Origin: Eledone cirrhosa
Taxonomy: Eukaryota
DNA: 64,000 nt
NCBI GenBank assembly: GCA_964016885.1
Contig: OZ024743.1
Span: forward strand, 51,088,001-51,152,000
Direction: 5' to 3'
Part shown: positions 15,627-27,066 of the stretch, one piece after another
Numbering within the stretch: the first letter of the stretch is position 1
Layout of the letters: every line of letters begins with the position of its first letter
Notes under the pieces: model-generated
What the model saw: only the letters and a program-made list of their open reading frames with translations
What the model was told of the DNA's origin: nothing
Databases searched by the model: none
Program-made: the position numbers and the translations under genes

Positions 15627-16075
15627 TATAGTGTATATAGAAGTAGTAACAAGTACTAAACACTCATACGTTGTATAGAAATATTCTGTTTACATCCATC
15701 AACTGTCTTACGCCATTGTCAAGAATCATTTTCTAATTTGGATAAGGTATAGCTAAATGAACTTCCATCCAGTTCGACGATCCATCCATTTGTTAAACTG
15801 ACCTTTAAGAGGCCGAGTTTCCCGCCCGCAGTCACATGTATACATAATGTATAATCCAGGGAGTATCAGTAACAAGTTTGGTCATTTGCAATTTAATAGG
15901 CTTCCTATCGCCTCCCGTCTACTGAATTTCTCTGAACCCGAGACTATAAAAATTGCTACACACTATGAACGACTCCGAGATCATACAAACTTAACCATTC
16001 AGTCAGGCTGCATTCTCAGAATAATTTATACTCATAGATTATGAAATTAAATGAAACAACCTATTGTTTGAAACA

Positions 16076-16870
16076 TACAGGGTTGCTTAGTTCTTAGAGG
16101 ATATGTCTTTTAATAGCTAAAACCTTTTTGTAACTTGTTCTGGTTATTACTTCTTTTCAGATAAATGGTGTCAGACATCAATGTAATTTAGCAAATAAAA
16201 ATCACACTGTAATTGTTGCCTTAAAAGCAGTGCATGTTGACTTAGAGATTGCTCGCTTCCTTAAAGTTGCAGGGTCGTTTGTTGTCAAAGTTAGCAAAGA
16301 GCTGAAAGCCGCTGACAGGGATTCTACAGCAGTAGCCAAACGTAAAATATCTGCTAAGTGTTCTAATACCATCAGAACATCTAAATCTGTACGAAAGGTA
16401 CAGAAAATTATCGATAAGACCAGAAATTCAATTAGCATGATTGCTCAGGAGCTCAACGTGTTAAGGAACAAAAAAAAACAACCAAAGGAATGACAGATGA
16501 TTATGCAGAGACGCTAAAGATATTTCAATTGTCATGCACAAAAAATTTCCGGCAACTGTGATGGCTCTGGGAGTCATAAGCAACGAGACATCACGTCTCC
16601 TCACTTCTTTCCTCGAGATGTAGGGTCAATACTTTGGATTATCAGGTGTTGGAGAAAGTTGTGAAGCTTTGGAGAGCTTGAACAAAGACCGTACACCTAC
16701 CAAGACGATCCAAGAATTAAATGAATTACAATCCCCACGGCACCCCAACTATATGGTATCCTAGCTCTTCAGAACTAGATCCGTTGGACTACTATGTATG
16801 TGGCATAGTCGAGAGTGAAGTCAATCAACGCCTCCATAACAAAGAACATGATTCGAACATCTCGACATCT
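16076..16870 (+). mobile_element. Degenerate Tc1/mariner transposase remnant
   Basis: N-terminal HTH-like DLEIARFLKVAGSFVVKV...IRT...KVQKII...SMIAQELNV and catalytic-region remnant WYPSSSELDPLDYYVCGIVESEVN (compare WPPSSPDLNPLDY). Starts with TACAGGG. Confidence 0.75.
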
Positions 16871-16989
16871 CACAAAATGAAGAGCTATAAGTTATCTTCC
16901 TTGACAGGTTAGAGTTGTCTCCCTTAATTTTCGATCGCAGTGATGTATAGTATTTCCTCTCTTTAGCTGAACAGATTTCTTCTAAAGAC

Positions 16990-17103
16990 TTAGAGGAAGA
17001 ATCGACATACATTTATATCGATCGCGGTATTTTGAACTCAGAACGCAAAGCCAGAACAAATACGACAAAGCAATCCATCCGATGTTCTAACCATTCTGCC
17101 AAT
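16990..17103 (-). mobile_element. tRNA-derived SINE fragment
   Basis: Reverse complement of the SINE head (TTTGAACTCAGAACGCAAAG...TTCTAACCATTCTGCCAA). Confidence 0.55.
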
Positions 17104-17462
17104 ACGTTTGAAAGTCATACAACTCCAGTACTAATTTTTTCATATCAACCACTTAAATTATATACTAGGTGAGGGCGACGTCTTTTCCCCCTCTCTATAT
17201 AGAGGGCAACATCGTAACTTTCTGTCTACCTATTTCTGTAACCTCAAACACATGGCGTCTCCTTTTCTCTCTCATTTGGTGCTCCCCCTCTCTCTATATA
17301 GATGAGGGCGACGTCATAACTTTGTCACCTCGAAAACACACCATTCCCTTCTACGTACATATCTCTCACTTGGCGCTCCCCCTCTTGACAGATTATTAGG
17401 TTTCTTTGTAACCCTTCATATGGAATATTCTATGACCATATGCCATTCCTGGCATTAACCCT

Positions 17463-17748
17463 TCATCATCACCGTTTTACGTCCGTTCTTCTATGCTAGC
17501 ATGGATTAGACGGGTTGTCCTGTTGTGGGCAGTGTCTGATCATGCCTTGCTCATACAGGAACTGATTTTGGCTTGATTTCTACAGCTGGATGCCCTTCCT
17601 AACACCAACCTCATTTACAGTGTGGGCTGGGTGCTTTTTTGCAGTGGGAGGGTGTGGGGCATATTGTCTATATGCTTCAGCTTGTACCCATGGGAGGTCG
17701 GGTACTCTGTATTACTGCGTGACGCCAGAGGTCACGGTAGTGTGTCAT
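17463..17748 (-). mobile_element. RTE LINE 3' end fragment, same family as the intronic copies, opposite orientation, internally deleted
   Basis: Reverse complement of the 3' end of 26061-27066, including the (GAT)n tail. Confidence 0.9.
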
Positions 17749-18080
17749 CGCCTTATTTATTTCTAAGCATTGCATCAATTCCAGTGATTTTACATATTAT
17801 AGGGCAAAAACTCTGAATAAGAACTGACATGAACCGTAATGTCCAGTATAGAAAGTGGATATATGATGCCATTGTCAATGATGATGATGTCTGGATGTGT
17901 GATGATGCCATTGTCAATGATGTTTGTATTCTCAGCTAATTCATCAGGTTATTTAACCCAAATAATTCACTCAGGCAAATTATTTAAATTTTTAATTTGA
18001 AGAAAAAAAAAAATAACAACTCCGAGATTTTATTACTTTTTTTGTTGTATGTTTTAATATATAATAAAAAGATGATATTT

Positions 18081-18086
18081 TTTATT
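18081..18086 (-). terminator. Candidate polyadenylation signal (AATAAA) of SMARCC
   Basis: AATAAA on the - strand ~1.2 kb past the stop, with a second at 18029-18034 and U-rich sequence downstream. Position-based inference only. Confidence 0.3.
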
Positions 18087-18974
18087 GGTGGAAGTTCTAT
18101 GGACTACAGGTGACTGGAATATTAGCCAAACATCTGACAAATAGAAAATATTTACAGAAACATTTCTGATGCAATATTTCTGTAAACATTCATCAGAAAT
18201 ATTTCAGTATTTATCAGAAATATCTCTGTAAATATTTAACAAAAATATTTTCTGTAAACATTTCTGCTGAAATTAAAGACAAAAGATGAAAACAAAAGAG
18301 GAAGATAGGTTTTGGGTGGGAAAGGGTTATTTGAGATAGAGAATAGGGAGTAAATATAAACAAAGGTAACTTGTGATTTGAAATGACTGGTTTGTTCTTT
18401 CACTAAATAATGAATTGGAAAGAGAAACCTCTTCTGACTTTTGTTGAAATATAGCAGTAAAAATATGGTCTAGAGGTAGAGGCAGGCCCATTATAGCTAG
18501 AGGTAGGCACATTCTAGTTGAAGGGGAGGCCTATTAATAACTAGTGGTAGGACCACCTCTTGCTAAAAGTGAGCCTGTTATAGCTGCAGGTACACAATAG
18601 ATTAATTACAGTAAGAATGCAGATAAGCCCATCAGAGCTAGAGATGAGCCTATTCTAGCTAAAGGTGATCCCATTGTAACTGAAGGTAGACTGTAGATAA
18701 TGACTGGGCCAACATGATGTATAAGGAGAGAAAGAAGCCTGTTAGAGATAAACATAGGCTGACATGACCAGGATGAGAATGATGACAAACATGATAATAA
18801 TGATTATGATTACAATGATGATGTTGATGTTGATAATGTAAAAGGAAGTATTAGTATTAGTAGTGATAGTAGGAACAATGGCCTGTGACAGTAAAATAAA
18901 AAACCAGAGACGTTCCAAACACTTATAGAGTTGCATCATAACCGGTAATAAGTATGGCTGACAGTGACTGTAAT

Positions 18975-19168
18975 AATAATGACTCCTAATTTAGGCACAA
19001 GGCCAGCAATATGAGGGGTATGGGAAAGACAATTAAATTGACCCCCAGTACTTAGACTCGACAGGCAAAGTTGAGCTCGGCAGGATTTAAACACAACATA
19101 AAGAACCAAAACTAAATGCTGCAAAGCATTTTGTCCAACGCTCTAACGATTCTGCAAATCCACCACCC
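18975..19168 (-). mobile_element. tRNA-derived SINE in the presumed SMARCC 3' UTR
   Basis: Reverse complement of the family at 1325 (TTTAGGCACAAGGCCAGCAAT ... CTCTAACGATTCTGC). Confidence 0.65.
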
Positions 19169-19294
19169 AGTGACTATAACAATAATAATAATAATAATGA
19201 TGACGATGATGATGATGATGATGATATTTCTAAAAAGAAAACAGTGGTATGATGAAGCTAAGGTAAAAAGGAGTGAAAAGAGTAGTTTAAAGGG

Positions 19295-19368
19295 CTATGG
19301 TTTAGGTGAGGGAGTTGCAGGAGATTGAACCACCATACTATCAGCAACCTCTGTTGAACTAGCAGCTC
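19295..19368 (-). CDS. SMARCC2: SMARCC terminal coding exon (GAASSTEVADSMVVQSPATPSPKP*)
   Basis: ttttcag acceptor, phase 1 matching the upstream donor, TAG stop at 19295-19297. Confidence 0.75.
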
Positions 19369-19500
19369 CTGAAAATAAAACAAAATACAGGAATCAATAA
19401 AAGGAAGTGAAAAATTGTTGAAATCTCATAAAATTCAATGTTAATGATCTGTGCTGAAACCACAGTAGCAAAACATTCTTGAAAATGTGACTGCATCACA

Positions 19501-19729
19501 TTAACCCTTTAGCATTTAAACCTGCTGTATCTGGCCAGAAATCTCTCACCTCTTTCAGTTTAAATCGGCCATAAGCAGCTGCTCATACTTATGTTAAAGT
19601 ATTGTTCTCAAAATAAGTAATATCTAAATCTCATGGGTTCGATATTATGTGAGATATTTATGTAAGATAAAGACTTTACCACAAAAATACAATATTAAAT
19701 ATGGAGTAATGCAAATGTTAAAGGGTTAA
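19501..19729. mobile_element. piggyBac-type MITE, copy 2, in the last SMARCC intron
   Basis: TTAA-CCCTTTAGCATTT ... AAATGTTAAAGGG-TTAA. Confidence 0.85.
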
Positions 19730-20142
19730 ATACAAATGTATTTACTCTAATACTGCAAATTTCCACAAGATCTGTCCACTAGTAAAGATACTATAAATAT
19801 TTGAATCAACAAACTGTACGAAACCATATTAGCATGACATTCTTGAAAAGTATAAAACAGCACTATGACTGCATCACATTAATGCTGCACATTTTTATGA
19901 TCTGTCCACTAGTAAAAATATTATAAACATTTGAATTAAACCTGGTTTTAGACATTTTCCACTAAATCATTATAGGGTATTAACTCCTTTTAATAGCAAA
20001 TATAGAGCTTGCATATATCTTACAAAAGTGATATATGGTCTATCTGATGGCTTAACAGGGACCCTCACTTAAACAATCATACAATTTAATCAATAACTTA
20101 TCACAATCAATCCAGATTTACTTGTAGTAAATAATATCTTAC

Positions 20143-21309
20143 CTGGAGCACCTGCTGTAGCCATTTGTCGTCCAGTTGGTGGTATTGGTGTTCCTTGGGG
20201 TGGCATACCATGGCCTTGAGTAGAATAAGGACTTCCAGATCCGTGAGTGTATGGGTGTGTGTTTTGTCCAGGTGGGGCACCAGGGTAGTTTTGTTGTGAA
20301 TAAGAACCTTGTGGATATTGCTGTGGTGGATGGCCTTGGTGGAAGTGTTGACTCTGTTGTGCCGGTCCCTGATGATGGTAAGGAGGATACTGAGCTCCCT
20401 GGGGTGGTGGAGGACCTTGCTGAGGATAATGTGGCTGTGAAGCTTGTGTTGAGGGTGGGTAACCACCAGTATTACCAGCAGGCTGTGGTGAATAGTGAGG
20501 ATGGCTATGACCAGTATGGGTGTATGGCTGGGTATGACTACCCTGCTGTGGAGGATATGGGTGTGGTGGTGGTGGTGGTGGTGGTTGGTTGCCTGTATTT
20601 CCTGATCCTTGCTGTGGCATTAATGGGTGACTCTGAGAGGCATTAGGGGGTCCTTGCTGAGGAAATGGAGCTTGGCCTTGTGGACCACTATGAGAAATAT
20701 ATGGAGATTGACCTGGGGGCATTGGTCCCGGGGGATACTGGTGAGGTGTAGAGACAGGTGGAGCTCCTCCAGCTGGCTGACCAGTTTGTTGAGGAATCAT
20801 AGGTGTTGGTGCAGTCCCGGGACCAGCTGTGTTAGCACTCTGAGAGAACTGGCCAGGCTGTGATTGTCCTTGAGAATTTCCTGATGTTTGTGAAGGAAAT
20901 GTATGAGACTGTGAGTTACTACTGGTACTACTGTTGCTATTACTGCTGTTGTTGTTGTTGCTGTTGTTGCCAGATGCAGGGTTGAAATTACTGGTATGGC
21001 TAAAGCTAGCATTAGGGACCAAAGTGGCTTGTTGACCAGCAGATGGGGTGACAGCAGCAGAAGAAGATGGTAAAGGTGCTGGTGTTGATTGAGGTGGTGT
21101 TGGCTGTGCAGGCTGTGGTGTTGGTGTTTGACTGGTTGGGTTAGCTGGAGCAGGGGAACCATGAGGTACATGCTGATGGACTTGAGGACCTTGAGGTGGC
21201 ATTGGCGAACCATGCAAGGGATAGTTAGGGCCAACAGCAGCAGCCAATGCAGGATTTTGAGAAGCTGATGATGTGTTCTGGTTTGAAGAAGATCCACACC
21301 CTTGGTTAC
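20143..21309 (-). CDS. SMARCC2: SMARCC exon encoding a long P/Q/G/S/H/Y-rich low-complexity tail
   Basis: tttcag acceptor at 21310 and GTAAG donor at 20142. 1167 bp, phase 1 to 1, open throughout. Confidence 0.88.
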
Positions 21310-21753
21310 CTGAAACAATAAAAAACATCTTCAGTAATATGAAATGTTTAGTTTCATTAAACTGGGACCAAATGCCTGACATTTTAAAGAGAATTAAAAT
21401 GTAACATAAGTTGTGACACCTGGATGGTACACTTTCCGCTACCTGCCACCAAATTGCTGGCCTTGAGCCAAATTAGAAACAATTAAGTTGAAATATATTT
21501 CACATATGTATATATATACAGGGACACTGTATGTATATATATAAGGACACTGTATATATATTGACTGAAATCTCATCATTACATGAAAGATAAGACTGCA
21601 GTAGTTAAATATACGTCTATTATTATTAAGTTGGAAATTAGTTATTTCACTAAACTCTCATAATTCTTAGGTGCCATTTTGATAATTAAAACACAAGGCA
21701 GTATATCCTTGTTAGAAAAATGATGAGGAAAAGGTTAAATGTGAAATTCTTAC

Positions 21754-21910
21754 CTTGGTCCCCAGTAGCAGCAGACCCCTGATTCTGCTGCCGTTGTTCG
21801 TTCATGTGTTGTTGTGCAGCTATTTGTCGGGCGCGATATTCCGCAGCTCTTATTTGGTCCATATGGAATTGTTGACGTTCTTGGAGTAACTGTTGGCGTT
21901 GGTATTCCAA
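21754..21910 (-). CDS. SMARCC2: SMARCC exon, end of the coiled coil (LEYQRQQLLQERQQFHMDQIRAAEYRARQ...)
   Basis: Recognisable SMARCC/Moira sequence. cag acceptor and GTAAG donor, phase 0 to 1. Confidence 0.95.
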
Positions 21911-21946
21911 CTGAAGAAAACATATAAGGAATCATCACATTAGTGG

Positions 21947-22420
21947 CAATAAACCATCAACAAGACGTAATAAACCATCAGACAAGACATAATAAACCCA
22001 TCAGACAAGACATAATAAACCCATCAGACAAGATGTAATAACCCATCAGACAAGATGTAATAACCCATCAGCCAAGATGTAAAAACCCATCAGACAAGAT
22101 GTAATAACCCATCAGACAAGACGTAATAACCCATCAGACAAGACGTAATAACCCATCAGAAAGGACGTAATAAACCATCAGACAAGACGTAATAACCCAT
22201 AAAGACGAGACATAATAACCCATAAGACGAGACGTAATAAACCATCAGACAAGACATAGACGTAATAACCCATAAGACAAAACGTAATAAACCATCAGAC
22301 AAGACATGATAAACCATCAGACAAGACATAATAAACCATCAGACAAGACGTAATAACCCATAAGACAAGACGTAATAAAGCATCAGACAAGACATAATAA
22401 ACCGTCAGACAAGACGTAAT
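21947..22420. repeat. 21-23 bp minisatellite (GTAATAAACCATCAGACAAGAC), ~20 copies
   Basis: Direct inspection. Shares its core with the 35-bp satellite. Confidence 0.9.
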
Positions 22421-25400
22421 AGTTACATTAGGGGTAATAAACCATCAGATGTAATAGTTACATTAGTAGTAATAAACCATCAGATGTAATAGTTACATTA
22501 GTAGTAATAAACCATCAGATGTAATAGTTACATTAGTGGTAATAAACCATCAGATGTAATAGTTACATTAGTAATAATAAACCATCATATGTAATAGTTA
22601 CATTAGTAGTAATAAACCATCAGATAAGATGTAATGGTTACATTAGTGGTAATAAACCATCAGATGTAATAGTTACATTAGTGGTAACAAACCATCAGAT
22701 GTAATAGTTACATTAGTGGTAATAAACCACCAGATATAATAGTTACATTAGTGGTAATAAACCATCAGATGTAATAGTTAGATTAGTAGTAATAAACCAC
22801 CAGATGTAATAGTTACATTAGTAGTAATAAACCATCAGATGTAGTAGTTACATTAGTAGTAATAAACAATCAGATGTAATAGTTACATTAGTGGTAATAA
22901 ACCACCAGATGTAATAGTTACATTAGTGGTAATAAACCACCAGATGTAATAGTTACATTAGTGGTAATAAAGCACCAGATGTAATAGTTACATTAGTGGT
23001 AATAAACCATCAGATGTAATAGTTAGATTAGTAGTAATAAACCACCAGATGTAATAGTTACATTAGTAGTAATAAACCATCAGATGTAGTAGTTACATTA
23101 GTAGTAATAAACAATCAGATGTAATAGTTACATTAGTGGTAATAAACCACCAGATGTAATAGTTACATTAGTGGGAATAAACCATCAGTTGTAATAGTTA
23201 CATTAGTGGTAATAAACCATCAGTTGAAACATTAGTGGTAATAAACCACCAGATGTAGTAGTTACATTAGTGGTAATAAAGCATCAGATGTAATAGTTAC
23301 ATTAGTGGTAATAAACCATCAGATGTAATAGTTACATTAGTGGTAATAAATCACCAGATGTAATAGTTACATTAGTAGTAATAACCCATCAGATGTAATA
23401 GTTACATTAGTGGTAATAAACCATCAGATGTAATAGTTACATTAGTATTAACTATAAGATGTAATAGTTACATTAGTAGTAATAAACTGGCAGATGTAAT
23501 AGTTACATTAGTGGTAATAAACCACCAGATGTAGTAGTTACATTAGTGGTAATAAACCACCAGATGTAGTAGTTACATTAGTGGTAATAAACCACCAGAT
23601 GTAATAGTTACATTAGTAGTAATAACCCATCAGATGTAATAGTTACATTAGTGGTAATAAACCATCAGATGTAATAGTTACATTAGTAGTAACTATAAGA
23701 TGTAATAGTTACATTAGTAGTAATAAACTAGCAGATGTAATAGTTACATTAGTGGTAATAAACCACCAGATGTAGTAGTTACATTAGTGGTAATAAACCA
23801 CCAGATGTAGTAGTTACATTAGTGGTAATAAACCACCAGATGTAGTAGTTACATTAGTGGTAATAAACCACCAGATGTAATAGTTACATTTGTGATAATA
23901 AACCATCAGATGCAATAGTTACATTAGTGGTAATAAGCCACTAGATGTAATAGTTACATTAGTGGTAATAAACCATCAGATGTAATAGTTACATTAGTGG
24001 TAATAAACCACCAGATGTAATAGTTACGTTAGTGGTAATAAACCACCAGATGTAATAGTTACATTAGTGGTGATAAACCACCAGAAGTAATAGTTACATT
24101 AGTGGTAATAAATGACCAGATGTAATAGTTACATTAGTGGTAATAAACCATCAGTTGTAACATTAGTGGTAATAAACCACCAGATGTAGTAGTTACATTA
24201 GTGGTAATAAACCATCAGATGTAGCAGTTACATTAGTGGTAATAAACCTTCAGATGTAATAGTTACATTAGTGATAATAAACCATCAGATGTCATAGTTA
24301 CATTAGTGGTAATAAACCATTAGATGTCATAGTTACATTAGTAGTAATAAACTATCAGATGTAATAGTTACATTAGTGGTAATAAACCATCAGATGTAAT
24401 AGTTACATTAGTAGTAATAAACCATCAGATGTAATAGTTACATTAGTAGTAATAAACCATCAGATGTAATAGTTACATTAGTTGTAATAAACCACCAAAT
24501 GTAATAGTTACATTAGTGGTAATAAACCATCAGATGCAATAGTTACATTAGTAGTAATAAACCACCAGATGTAATAGTTACATTAGTGGTAATAAACCAT
24601 CAGTTGTAACATTAGTGGTAATAAACGACCAGATGTAGTAGTTACGTTAGTAGTAATAAACCATCAGATGTAATAGTTACATTAGTAGTAATAAACCATC
24701 AGATGTAATAGTTACATTAGTTGTAATAAACCACCAGATGTAATAGTTACATTAGTGGTAATAAACCATCAGATGCAATAGTTACATTAGTTGTAATAAA
24801 CCACCAGATGTAATAGTTACATTAGTGGTAATAAACCATCAGATGCAATAGTTACATTAGTAGTAATAAACCATCAGATGTAATAGTTACATAAGTGATA
24901 ATAAACCATCAGATGTAATAGTTACATTAGTAGTATTAAACTATCAGATGTAATAGTTACATCAGTGGTAATAAACCATGAGATGTAATAGTTACATTAG
25001 TGGTAATAAACCATCAGATATAATAGTTATATTAGTGGTAATAAACCATCAGATGTAATAGTTACGTTAGTAGTAATAGACCATTAGATGTAATAGTTAC
25101 ATTAGTAGTAATAAACCATCAGATGTAATAGTTATATTAGTGGTAATAAACCATCAGATGTAATAGTTACATTAGTGGTAATAAACCATCAGATGTAATA
25201 GTTACAATAGTGATAATAAACCATCAGATGTAATAGTTACAATAGTGATAATAAACCTTCAGATGTAATAGTTACATTAGTGGTAATAAACCACCAGATG
25301 TAATAGTTACATTAGTGGTAATAAACCACCAGATATAATAGTTACATTAGTGGTAATAAACCATCAGATGTAATAGTTACATTAGTGGTAATAAACCATC

Positions 25401-26060
25401 GGATGTAATAGTTACATTAGTAGTAATAAACCATCAGATGTAATAGTTACATTAGTGGTAATAAAACATCAGTTATAACATTAGTGGTAATAAACCACCA
25501 GATGTAGTAATTACATTAGTGGTAATAAACCATCAGTTGTAATAGTTACATTAGTGGTAATAAACCACCAGATGTTATAGTTACATTAGTGGGAATAAAC
25601 CATCAGATGTAGTAGTTACATTAGTGGTAATAAACCATCAGATGTAGTAGTTACATTAGTGGTAATAAACCATCGGATGTAATAGTTACATTAGTAGTAA
25701 TAAACCATCAGATGTAATAGTTACATTAGTGGTAATAAAACATCAGTTATAACATTAGTGGTAATAAACCACCAGATGTAGTAATTACATTAGTGGTAAT
25801 AAACCATCAGTTGTAATAGTTACATTAGTGGTAATAAACCACCAGATGTTATAGTTACATTAGTGGGAATAAACCATCAGATGTAGTAGTTACATTAGTG
25901 GTAATAAACCATCAGATGTAATAGTTACATTAGTAGTAATAAACCATCAGATGTAATAGTTACATTAGTAGTAATAAACCACCAGATGTAATAGTTACAT
26001 TAGTGGTAATAAACCATCAGATGTAATAGTTACATTAGTGGTAATAAACCACCAGATGTA

Positions 26061-27066
26061 GCGGGATCTCAGGAAGCTTAATTAAGAATGTAGGATTCAC
26101 ATGCAGCAGCTGTGCTGAGACAGCAAACAGCCACAGGAAACAAGTACCACCAATCTCTGGGAGGGACCTGTAGAAACAGTTGACAGCTTCTGCTACCTAG
26201 GTAACCGAATTAACAATGGAAGTGGGTGTTCAGAAAGTGCAATAACTAGGGTAAGAACGGGATGGAAGAAGTTTAGGGAACTACTACCACTGCTAGCTGC
26301 AAAAGGCTTCTCCCTCAGAATGAAAGGCAGACTGTATGATGCGTGTATCCGAACACCGATGTTGCATGGTAGCGAGACCTGGGCGCTGAAGGTGGAAGAC
26401 TTACGTAGATTAGAGAGAAACGAAGCCTGCATGCTCCGATGGAGGTGTAACAATAATATACGTGAACGACAAAGCATAAATGAATTGAGAGAGAGACTGA
26501 GCATAAGAGGAATCAAATGCTGCGTGCAGGAGAGGCGGTTACGCTGGTATGGACATGTGATGCGTATGAAGGATGATAGCTGCATAAAAAGGTGCAGAGC
26601 ACTAGAAGTTGATGGAAACCGCGGAGTGGGGAGACCCAAGATGACCTGGGATGAGGTGATAAAAGCCGACCTTACACAATTACACCTCTCAAAGACAATG
26701 ACACACGACCGTGACTTCTGGCGTCACGCAGTAATACAGAGTACCCGACCTCCCATGGGTACAAGCTGAAGCATATAGACAATATGACCCCACGCCCCCC
26801 ACCGCAAGGTGGTCGTGGAGGTGCCACGGAAAAATAGCACCCAGCCCACACTGTAAAGTGGACGTGTAGGCGCCACGGAAAAAAAGTACCCAGCACTCAC
26901 TATAAATGAGGTTGGTGTTAGGAAGGGCATCCAGCTGTAGAAACCAGGCCAAATCAGTTCCTGTATGAGCAAGGCATGGTCAGCCGACCAGACACTGCCC
27001 ACATCAGGACAACCCGTCAAACCCATGCTAGCGTGGAAGAACGGACGTAAAACGGTGATGATGATG
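26061..27066 (+). mobile_element. 5'-truncated RTE-clade LINE, copy 1
   Basis: VETVDSFCYLG...GWKKFRELLPLL...KGRLYDACIRT..LHGSETW...RRLRWYGHVMR...RGVGRPKMTW (RT C-terminus), 3' UTR and (GAT)n tail. Confidence 0.93.

Noticed and set aside
18130-18710. Degenerate short repeats in the presumed SMARCC 3' UTR
   Set aside because: Decayed minisatellite-like sequence with no definable unit or functional evidence.
20107-21318. Overlapping alternative-frame ORFs in the SMARCC tail exon
   Set aside because: Expected by-products of low-complexity codon usage, with no independent splice or start support.
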